Below, piece after piece: positions 32,260 through 39,605 of a stretch of DNA of 64,000 bases (the stretch's first letter is position 1; each line of letters begins with the position of its first letter). This DNA comes from an uncultured Alphaproteobacteria bacterium (GTDB taxonomy: Bacteria; Pseudomonadota; Alphaproteobacteria; Rhizobiales; Xanthobacteraceae). The position numbers and the translations under genes are program-made. A model generated the notes under the pieces. It was not told the DNA's origin and did no database searches. It saw nothing but the letters and a program-made list of their open reading frames with translations. The stretch lies in assembly GCA_963798825.1 (NCBI GenBank), contig CAWCVE010000003.1, positions 19,250 to 83,249 on the forward strand, given 5' to 3'.

Positions 32260-32365
32260 TATGCTATATACAAGGGGTCTGTGATAAGTCAAAAAGTGGC
32301 TTTATTTCTTGACATTTTGGTATCAGGGGAGGAACTCGAACCCCCGACCTCCGAGCGCGAATTCG

Positions 32366-32410
32366 ATGCAGTAATCTCTATCCCGCTGGTACAAAAAAAC
32401 CGTCAGGTCA
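32366..32410 (+). repeat. ~45-bp direct repeat, copy 1 (upstream of the SEC-C methyltransferase gene)
   Basis: ATGCAGTAATCTCTATCCCGCTGGTACAAAAAAACCGTCAGGTCA, compared with copy 2 at 34894-34937 (about 5 differences). Confidence 0.7.
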
Positions 32411-32432
32411 TGAATAACCTCGGAGAGATTCA

Positions 32433-33338
32433 GTGGAGCATAAGCCGCTCGTAACACTTTATGATGAGCATAAAGGAAAATCATCAGATAAGTGGACCCT
32501 ATATTTCGCAGAATATGATCGTATCCTTCAAGAATATCGCGATATTCCTGTCCGCCTATTAGAAATTGGCGTTCAGAATGGCGGCTCGCTTGAGATTTGG
32601 TTGAAATATTTTCCAAATGCGATGAAGCTTGTAGGATGTGATATCAACCCTTCTTGTGCTCTTTTGAAGTATGAAGATCCTCGTGTGAGTGTCGTAATCG
32701 GAGATGCCAATTCTGATCCTGTTAATCAAAAGATTTTAAACTGCGCTACTGAATTTGATGTGATTATTGATGATGGATCACATCTTTCTGATGATATTAT
32801 ACGCTCGTTTATCCGATATTTTCCGACTTTAATTGATGGCGGCGTTTTCATTGTCGAAGATATGCATTGTTCTTACTGGAAGGGTTGGAAAGGAGGTTTA
32901 TTTTACCCGTTCTCTTCCATTTCTTTTTTCAAAATTCTAGCTGATGTAGTGAACCATGAACACTGGGGCATTAGTCAAGATAGAAGCTATCTTTGCAGAG
33001 ACTTCAGTAAGCAATATAATGTGCAGATTGATGATGCAATGCTGCAACATGTTCATTCCGTTCAGTTTGTTAACTCAATGTGCATTATCCGCAAAGGCAG
33101 TCCAATCAACAATACTCTCGGAATCAGAGTCATCTCTGGCTCATTAGAACAGGTAGTGGCGGTTTCACATCTTAAAGGAAAGGGACCCGATCAGTTAGAC
33201 CAAAAAGAAAACCACTGGTCACTACGCCCTATTGCACTAAGTGGATGGTTTCTAAAAGATGATACTATAAAACGTAATGAACCTTGCCCTTGCGGTTCAG
33301 GAAAGCGATTTAAGCATTGTCATGGTGCTCTGCTCTAA
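32433..33338 (+). CDS. class I SAM-dependent methyltransferase (CmcI/cephalosporin-hydroxylase-like) with C-terminal SEC-C zinc-binding motif
   Basis: LLEIGVQNGGSLEIW...GCDI...VIIDDGSH methyltransferase motifs. The C-terminus is IKRNEPCPCGSGKRFKHCHGALL. GTG start. Confidence 0.75.
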   Translation: MEHKPLVTLYDEHKGKSSDKWTLYFAEYDRILQEYRDIPVRLLEIGVQNGGSLEIWLKYFPNAMKLVGCDINPSCALLKYEDPRVSVVIGDANSDPVNQKILNCATEFDVIIDDGSHLSDDIIRSFIRYFPTLIDGGVFIVEDMHCSYWKGWKGGLFYPFSSISFFKILADVVNHEHWGISQDRSYLCRDFSKQYNVQIDDAMLQHVHSVQFVNSMCIIRKGSPINNTLGIRVISGSLEQVVAVSHLKGKGPDQLDQKENHWSLRPIALSGWFLKDDTIKRNEPCPCGSGKRFKHCHGALL

Positions 33339-33460
33339 TATTTGAAGAAGCACACCTACAACAAACAAATGATTTAGATCAATAGGCAAACGTTGGCGCG
33401 GACAGACTTTTGTCACTCTCTTGAATACGAAGGGCGTTGGGGGACGAGTTATTCAAAAGT

Positions 33461-33591
33461 TCATAGGGTATCGCAACATCGGCCAAATGGCGTGAAGTAG
33501 GTTTTATCGGGAGTTGTGCCGTCAAGGCTCAAGTGTGGCCTCCGGCCGTTGTAGAAGTCTAGGTAACGGCCGACCGAAGCGCGGGCTTCGT
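33461..33591 (-). pseudogene. C-terminal remnant of an rve-type (IS3-family-like) transposase
   Basis: Translates to ...NEARASVGRYLDFYNGRRPHLSLDGTTPDKTYFTPFGRCCDTL*. An in-frame stop lies immediately upstream and no N-terminal part is present. Confidence 0.55.
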
Positions 33592-33624
33592 TGGTTAGCT
33601 AACTAGCCACTCCTATTTGACAAA

Positions 33625-34527
33625 TTATCGAATTGCTCCGTGACAATGTTTGTATTTTTTTCCCGAACCACAGGGGCACAGACTATTTCTTTTTATATTA
33701 GATTTCACGTTTTCAATATTAGCTGCGAATATCCTTTTTATTATATCTTCGTACTCATCAATAAAGTGTTCATTGCCTGTATTAATGTAAGAGTTTTTGA
33801 GCCGATCTAAATAAATGAGTAAATTGCGTGAATTAAAATCATACATCTGAAAAGATCGAATCTTTTCAGGAATATAAATTTCAAATTTATTTTGTAAAAC
33901 AATTGTTGCCAATCGCTCTTGAACAAAAACCTTAACCTGCTCAGAACGATTTGCGTAGGGAACCAAAGCCTTCAGATCATATTTTTTATCAAATTTATCA
34001 TTCTCCACGAAATCATAAAACTGATCTGCTAATTTAAGCCATTGAAACCAAAATGCTGATTTTGCTACTATATAATTTGAAAAAACTGAATTACTTATAC
34101 TAGTCACCATTGATTTTAAATTAACATTTACTCCCACACGATCAAAAAAATGTTGACTAGCGTTCAGAAGACCGGGCTGAACAATATCACCTTGCAAAAA
34201 GGGATTTTTGTGAATTGCAAGGTCGTGGGTAAATGACGATAGCAGTATTACGTCGGTATTGGATGGGGCTTCCCGAATAATCTTTTTTACATCAGCACCA
34301 TTTAATCCAGTTTTCTTTATAAAATTGGGCGAGAGAAAGCCATAAAAAGTATCCTGTTCCAAATGGTTTGATTTCAAGAAATGCCTTATCACCCAAAATT
34401 CAAACCAATCAGGACGTTTGTTCTCGGTGTTGTCTAATGGAATAAACGCCGGATCTAAAATTCCTCGCGTTTCATCATTATAGTAAATCTGAAATATTTT
34501 TGACTTGGTATCAAATTCATACATCAT
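33625..34527 (-). CDS. protein of unknown function with C-terminal SEC-C zinc-binding motif
   Basis: Start taken at MMYEFDTKSKIFQIYYNDETRG, with GGAG 6 nt upstream. The C-terminus is IKRNSLCPCGSGKKYKHCHGAIR. The track's N-terminal extension reads into the inverted repeat. Confidence 0.6.
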   Translation of the reverse strand: MMYEFDTKSKIFQIYYNDETRGILDPAFIPLDNTENKRPDWFEFWVIRHFLKSNHLEQDTFYGFLSPNFIKKTGLNGADVKKIIREAPSNTDVILLSSFTHDLAIHKNPFLQGDIVQPGLLNASQHFFDRVGVNVNLKSMVTSISNSVFSNYIVAKSAFWFQWLKLADQFYDFVENDKFDKKYDLKALVPYANRSEQVKVFVQERLATIVLQNKFEIYIPEKIRSFQMYDFNSRNLLIYLDRLKNSYINTGNEHFIDEYEDIIKRIFAANIENVKSNIKRNSLCPCGSGKKYKHCHGAIR

Positions 34528-34893
34528 ACACTGCTCCGTAATAATACACTGCTCCGTAATACCGATTTGGCCGATATTGGCGATACCCCATGAACTTTTG
34601 AATAACTCGTCCCCCAACCCCCTTCGTATTCAAGAGAGTGACAAAAGTCTGTCCGCGCCAACGTTTGCCTATTTAGCTAACTCAAATAAGTTCGTTAGCG
34701 CCGTTGATTTATATTATTACGCTCACAGTGTTTTAGGTGGTCCGCTCACCGTGGCGTCTCGGTAGGCTTTATTCAGCGCTCCCAATATAGTACATAATTG
34801 CGACATTGTGGGCCGCACTCTGCGTTCAACTATCGCCCACCGTCACCCCAGACATTCGCACCCTTGGCTCACCGCCTAGATGAGATCATGCCA

Positions 34894-34937
34894 ATGCAGT
34901 AATCTCTACCCGCTGGTTCAAAAAATCCGTCGGGTCA
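34894..34937 (+). repeat. ~45-bp direct repeat, copy 2 (upstream of the TPR-GT41 gene)
   Basis: ATGCAGTAATCTCTACCCGCTGGTTCAAAAAATCCGTCGGGTCA. Confidence 0.7.
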
Positions 34938-35004
34938 CTACGGAAGAGCAATTATCAGATGCTTCATGTGTGACTATTTGTGAATTTCGGAAACAAACCT
35001 GAAA

Positions 35005-37398
35005 ATGGCACCATTAGGCGACGTTAGTTTTAAACAAGCAATAGCATCATTCCAGGCAGGGAATCTGACTGATGCTGAGCAGTTTTTCAAAAAGGTGCTG
35101 CGGCTTCAGCCAAATCATGTTGCGGCACTGAATTTTTTGAGCGTCCTTCTAACGAGTCTCGGAAGATATACTGAGGCTGAGTCCTATATAAAAGCGGCAC
35201 TAGGAATCAATTCAAATTCAGATGCAACTTTATGCAATTACGGAATTATTTTGAAATCGCTGAATAGACCAATTGAAGCTTTGGAGCGTTTTAGCCAAGC
35301 CTTATCAATCAATCCAACCGTTGCAGAAACATGGAATAATCGTGGCACTGTTTATAATATTACCAAGCGTTATGATGACGCTATTATAGACTTTAACAAA
35401 GCAATATCATTGCAGCCAAATTATTCAGCCGCGTATTTTAACAAGGGAAAATCTTTGGCGGCACTCAAACGCTACGACGAAGCCATTGCGGTTTTTGACA
35501 AAGCGCTATCATTGAAACCTGATCTTGCCGAAGCTTGGCTTGGTCGCGGCAATGTGTTTCTTGAGCTTAAGCGCCACGACGAAGCCATCGCGGCTTACGA
35601 CAGGGCGCTAGCTATCAAGCCTGATTTAGAAGGCGCGTGGCTTGGCCGCGGAAATGTTTTATTTGAACGCAAGCAATTCGATGAAGCCTTTGCCTCTTAT
35701 GACAAGGTAATATCGTTAAAAGATGAACTCACTGACGCTTGGCTTGGTCGCGGCAATGCTTTATTTGATCTTAAACGCTACGACGAAGCTATCGCGGCTT
35801 ACGACAAGGCGCTAGCTATCAAGCCTGATTTAGAAGGCGCGTGGCTTGGCCGCGGAAATGTTTCATTTTATCTCAAGCGCCACGACGAAGCCATTGCGGC
35901 TTACGACAGGGCGCTAGCTATCAAGCCTGATTTAGAAGGCGCGTGGCTTGGCCGCGGAAATGTTTTATTTGAACGCAAGCACTACGATGAAGCCTTTGCC
36001 TCTTATGACAAGGCAATATTGCTAAAACCTGATCTTTTTGGCGCGGAGGCTTCCCGGCTTTATGTCAAAATGCATCTTTGTGATTGGAACAATTATGATG
36101 CCGAGTGCAAACATCTAATTTCGTCTATTAGAAATGGAACTGTAATTACACCACCATTCGCATTACTCGCTCTTCCTTCATCGTGTGAAGACCAAATACA
36201 ATACTCTAAACTGTGGATTGAGAATAGATATACTCCTTCTCACAAGCCGATCTGGCAGAGCGAAAGATACAATCACGATAGGATACGTGTCGCCTATGTC
36301 TCCGCAGACTTTGGCCAGCATCCAGTATCGTTTTTGATTGCTGGAATGCTTGAGTACCATGACAAATCCCGTTTTGTTGTTACCGCTATTTCCTTCGGGC
36401 CTGACGATAATTCAGAAATGCGGCAGCGATTGAAGGCATCGGTTGAGCATTTTATTGATGCCAAGACATTTAACGACGAACATATTGCCAAGTTCGTAAG
36501 ATCGTTAGAAGTGGATATCTTAGTTGATTTGATGGGTTTTACGGCAGAATCACGAACGGACATTTTCGCTCGTCGTCCTGCACCCATTCAGGTGAATTAT
36601 CTCGGCTATCTAGGAACGATGGGCACCGAATATATTGACTATATTATTGCTGACCAGACTGTGATCCCAGAGACTCAACGCGACTTTTACGCTGAAAAGA
36701 TTGTTTATCTACCAAACAGTTTCCAGCCTGCCGACCGACAGCGGCGCATATCTGATAGGAAGTTTACACGTGCTGAGGCAGGTCTTCCACAGGATGGCTT
36801 CGTCTTTTGCTGCTTCAACGCCAATTACAAATTCACACCTGATGTTTACGATATTTGGATGCACATTCTCAAGCAGGTGGATGGAAGTGTATTGTGGCTG
36901 TTTGCGGGGGGGCCAATAGTTGAACGGAATTTGAGAAGAGAGGCAATCGCAAGAGGCGTTAATGCAGAACGATTGATTTTCGCGCCGCGTATGCCGTTGC
37001 CTGAACATCAAGCGCGACTTCGCTTGGCGGATTTGTTTCTTGACACCTTGCCCTATAACGCAGGCGCAACTGCCAGTGATATGCTTTGGGCAGGTCTGCC
37101 AGTTTTGACGCGCATTGGTGATACCTTTGTTGGACGAATGGCTGCAAGTGTTTTGAATGCGATCTGTCTATCCGAACTTATAACAACAACGCCAGAAGCC
37201 TATGAGCAGATGGCGATTGATCTTGCAAAGCATCCCGAAAAAATCGCTGCAATCAAGCATAAGCTAGCTGAAAATCGTCTTACGACACCTTTGTTTGACA
37301 CGAAGCTTTTCACCAAACATATCGAAGCGGCTTACACCGCAATGTATGAGCGCCATCAGGCTGGTTTGTCACCAGATCATATTGTTGTGCCAAACTGA
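35005..37398 (+). CDS. TPR-repeat protein with C-terminal SPINDLY/O-GlcNAc-transferase-like (GT41, COG3914) domain
   Basis: About 10 TPR units (..AWLGRGNV...YDEAIAAYDKALAIKPDL..) are followed by RIRVAYVSADFGQHPV, VNYLGYLGTMG, FVFCCFNANYKFTP and LFLDTLPYNAGATASDMLWAGLPVLT. Confidence 0.85.
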   Translation: MAPLGDVSFKQAIASFQAGNLTDAEQFFKKVLRLQPNHVAALNFLSVLLTSLGRYTEAESYIKAALGINSNSDATLCNYGIILKSLNRPIEALERFSQALSINPTVAETWNNRGTVYNITKRYDDAIIDFNKAISLQPNYSAAYFNKGKSLAALKRYDEAIAVFDKALSLKPDLAEAWLGRGNVFLELKRHDEAIAAYDRALAIKPDLEGAWLGRGNVLFERKQFDEAFASYDKVISLKDELTDAWLGRGNALFDLKRYDEAIAAYDKALAIKPDLEGAWLGRGNVSFYLKRHDEAIAAYDRALAIKPDLEGAWLGRGNVLFERKHYDEAFASYDKAILLKPDLFGAEASRLYVKMHLCDWNNYDAECKHLISSIRNGTVITPPFALLALPSSCEDQIQYSKLWIENRYTPSHKPIWQSERYNHDRIRVAYVSADFGQHPVSFLIAGMLEYHDKSRFVVTAISFGPDDNSEMRQRLKASVEHFIDAKTFNDEHIAKFVRSLEVDILVDLMGFTAESRTDIFARRPAPIQVNYLGYLGTMGTEYIDYIIADQTVIPETQRDFYAEKIVYLPNSFQPADRQRRISDRKFTRAEAGLPQDGFVFCCFNANYKFTPDVYDIWMHILKQVDGSVLWLFAGGPIVERNLRREAIARGVNAERLIFAPRMPLPEHQARLRLADLFLDTLPYNAGATASDMLWAGLPVLTRIGDTFVGRMAASVLNAICLSELITTTPEAYEQMAIDLAKHPEKIAAIKHKLAENRLTTPLFDTKLFTKHIEAAYTAMYERHQAGLSPDHIVVPN

Positions 37399-37399
37399 A

Positions 37400-37648
37400 T
37401 TGTTGAGTTTGGTGGCATCGGGGTCATATTTAGTAATCAAAAGAAATGCTGATGCAGGCAGTTTGACTCGATATTTAGCTTATCCCAACGGCGGTAGTAT
37501 TTCAGACCCGTACGCAGATCCCATTGCTGGAAGTTTTTTGGTGCGGGACGTTACCCCTCTCCCCGCCGCGCTTCCGCTTTTCGCCTCGGGCCTCGGCGCT
37601 TTGGGTCTGCTGGGCTGGCATAGGAAGCGGAAAGCTGCTGCAGCCTGA
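37400..37648 (+). pseudogene. VPLPA-CTERM (PEP-CTERM-type) sorting-signal fragment, probably a remnant
   Basis: The frame ends in ...FLVRDVTPLPAALPLFASGLGALGLLGWHRKRKAAAA*. Only TTG/GTG starts are available (37400-37412), with no ATG, RBS or signal peptide. Confidence 0.3.
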
Positions 37649-37739
37649 TCAATGCTAACCTCAATGACCCTCGGCGTGCGCAGTGTGATCTGCACAGCAT
37701 TTTCGAAGTATTTTATCGAACTGGAGACCGAACAATTTC

Positions 37740-38168
37740 ATGACCGCAATTACGATCAAACACATGAGCGTTGTGAGCTCAATTGCAATTTCGGGAATGA
37801 ACGCGGCGACTTTGCAACTGCAAGTTTCGGCTGAAAACGTCGCCAATGTATTGGCGGACGGTCCGTTGCCTTTGTCGGTCAATGCCGCAAGTTTTTCCAG
37901 TGCACATGCTCCCTTGCGCGTCGACCAAATTGACACTGTGGGCGGCGGTACAAGCGCATGCGTCCGTACGGTTTCGCTAAGCTATGTGCCAATATTTGAT
38001 CTCACCGCGCCTTATGCCGATGGAAATAGAATGGTGGCGAGCCCAAACGTCGACCTTTCGAGCGAAATTATCCAGCAGGCCCTAGCTCGCTACACCTTTT
38101 CTTCAAACGCGCAAGTCTTGAAAACTGATGCGCAAATGACAGCAACGCTTCTCAACATCACGACTTGA
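37740..38168 (+). CDS. orphan flagellar basal-body rod protein-like (FlgB/FlgC family)
   Basis: N-terminal ISGMNAATLQLQVSAENVANV and C-terminal PNVDLSSEIIQQALARYTFSSNAQVLKTDAQMTATLLNI match the rod-protein N and C motifs. No other flagellar genes are nearby. Confidence 0.55.
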   Translation: MTAITIKHMSVVSSIAISGMNAATLQLQVSAENVANVLADGPLPLSVNAASFSSAHAPLRVDQIDTVGGGTSACVRTVSLSYVPIFDLTAPYADGNRMVASPNVDLSSEIIQQALARYTFSSNAQVLKTDAQMTATLLNITT

Positions 38169-38251
38169 ATTGATTGTCCGCTCTTGTCCTATAGCGAACG
38201 CCATCTAAAATACGGGTTGAACGTGGAAATCCGGCGCGACATGATTGCCCC

Positions 38252-38941
38252 ATGTGTGGTCGCTTTACCCGAATGTACACATGGCGGGACCTGGTGAGGC
38301 TGTACCGGCTAACAGACCCTGCCCCGCCGTCTAATCTCCAACCCCGCTATAACATCTGCCCCACAACCACGATTGACGCAGTGATCGAGCGCGACAACAA
38401 GCGCGCGTTTGAACGAATGCGTTGGGGCTTGGTGCCAAGTTGGTGGAACAAGCCGTTAAAGGAATTGCGCCTGGCAACCTTCAACGCGCGCGCCGAGACG
38501 GTGACCGAGAAGCCGTTCTTTCGCTCTGCTTTTAAGCGCACGCGCTGCCTGATCCCGGCGTCCGGTTATTACGAGTGGCAGACGGTCGGAAAGGAGAAGC
38601 AGCCGTACTACTTCACGCGCCGCGACGGCGAGATCATGACTATCGCTGGTCTGTGGTCGGAGTGGACGAACCCGGAGACGGGCAAGCCGCAGAATACCTG
38701 CACGATGATAATCACTCAACCCAACAAATTCGTTGCCGGGGTGCACGACCGTATGCCGGTCATTCTGGAGGAAAAGCAGTTCGACGCATGGCTCGATGAC
38801 GATGCAATACCGACATCGTTGGTGATGATGCTCAAACCGGCGGGAGAGCGCATCCTTACGAGCCACCCTGTACGCAAGCGGGTCAATAGTTCACACGCGG
38901 ATGGCGATGACGCGACGCTGATTGATAAGGTAGCCGTATGA
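38252..38941 (+). CDS. SOS response-associated peptidase (SRAP/YedK family, abasic-site processing)
   Basis: MCGRF N-terminus (catalytic Cys2), WGLVPSW, FNARAET, GYYEW and HDRMPVIL. Confidence 0.9.
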   Translation: MCGRFTRMYTWRDLVRLYRLTDPAPPSNLQPRYNICPTTTIDAVIERDNKRAFERMRWGLVPSWWNKPLKELRLATFNARAETVTEKPFFRSAFKRTRCLIPASGYYEWQTVGKEKQPYYFTRRDGEIMTIAGLWSEWTNPETGKPQNTCTMIITQPNKFVAGVHDRMPVILEEKQFDAWLDDDAIPTSLVMMLKPAGERILTSHPVRKRVNSSHADGDDATLIDKVAV

Positions 38942-39204
38942 AATCTCCCATGACCCCCGCCAATATGCGCGCCAACGCCGTGCGCAAGCTTTCTGTTTGT
39001 GGTTCGCTGGCGATACTAATCGTGATCGCAATGACCAGCGCGGATAGCGCGGCCAGAAAACCTAAAGAAGGCACTACGCAAATACATCGTGCCTGCGGGA
39101 AGCTACCCAACACAAGCTTTGTGGAATGTTTCGATCACTTTCTTAAAATTGGCTATGGCATTAAGGTCACGGCTCCGTTCTGCCAATATTATTGTTCGCG
39201 TTGA
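38938..39204 (+). CDS. hypothetical exported/membrane protein
   Basis: 88 aa. Its ATG overlaps the SRAP stop (ATGA). It has a hydrophobic segment LSVCGSLAILIVIAMTSA. Confidence 0.35.
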   Translation: MKSPMTPANMRANAVRKLSVCGSLAILIVIAMTSADSAARKPKEGTTQIHRACGKLPNTSFVECFDHFLKIGYGIKVTAPFCQYYCSR

Positions 39205-39287
39205 GCGCAAACGAAAGACCGCCAACGCGGAGGTCCTTCCGAAATCCGATCAGTTACTGGCGATCTTCCGCGACAGCTTCGGTGCGC

Positions 39288-39605
39288 TCAGGGACAAGGA
39301 TGCCGATATCCATCGTAGCCTAAATACGTGCCGCTACGAGGATCATATGATTTGAACCGTTGAATGCAGTAGGCCACCGCATCTCCCGGCGGAGGTCCGT
39401 AATAGTAACCGGGCGGTGGCCCGTAATAGTAAGGCGCAGCGAGCAACCCACCGACGATTGCCCCAGCGGCAAACCCGCCGCCGTAATAGCCCCACCCACC
39501 ACCATGCCAACCGCCACCACGCCAATATGCGGACGCATCGGTCGGAACCGCAGCAACCCCAAGGGCTATGATTGCAGCCGCTGTGATAATCACCTTGCGA
39601 AACAT
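39288..39605 (-). CDS. BA14K family protein
   Basis: Signal peptide MFRKVIITAAAIIALGVAAVP, a Gly/Tyr/Pro-rich middle, and the C-terminal CIQRFKSYDPRSGTYLGYDGYRHPC signature. Confidence 0.75.
   Translation of the reverse strand: MFRKVIITAAAIIALGVAAVPTDASAYWRGGGWHGGGWGYYGGGFAAGAIVGGLLAAPYYYGPPPGYYYGPPPGDAVAYCIQRFKSYDPRSGTYLGYDGYRHPCP

Larger units (their letters stand above)
33370..34684. mobile_element. MIC-like element: ~119-bp terminal inverted repeats (TGA... ends) enclosing an rve-transposase remnant and the second SEC-C gene
   Basis: 33381-33488 is the reverse complement of 34565-34673 with about 5 differences, and similarity extends weakly out to TGATTTAGATC / TGAGTTAGCTA at 33370 and 34684. 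Confidence 0.6.

Noticed and set aside
31237-32320. Attempt to define the IS481 terminal inverted repeats and target duplication
   Set aside because: Comparing the sequence upstream of 31294 with the reverse complement downstream of 32259 gave only a weak TTGTAT-centred similarity. The ends are left unresolved rather than guessed.
35571-36012. Regularly spaced near-identical repeats, considered as a possible CRISPR or other array
   Set aside because: The repeats are in-frame TPR codons inside one long ORF. The period is 102 or 306 bp, there is no repeat-spacer architecture, and no cas genes are present.
37295-37399. N-terminal part of the 117-aa track ORF 37295-37648
   Set aside because: It overlaps the 3' end of the TPR-GT41 gene in another frame. 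Only the part after the GT41 stop, with the VPLPA-CTERM tail, is considered meaningful.
38169-38251. Possible SOS (LexA) box upstream of the SRAP gene
   Set aside because: Two GAAC tetramers are present but are about 19 nt apart, not the alphaproteobacterial GTTC-N7-GTTC direct repeat.
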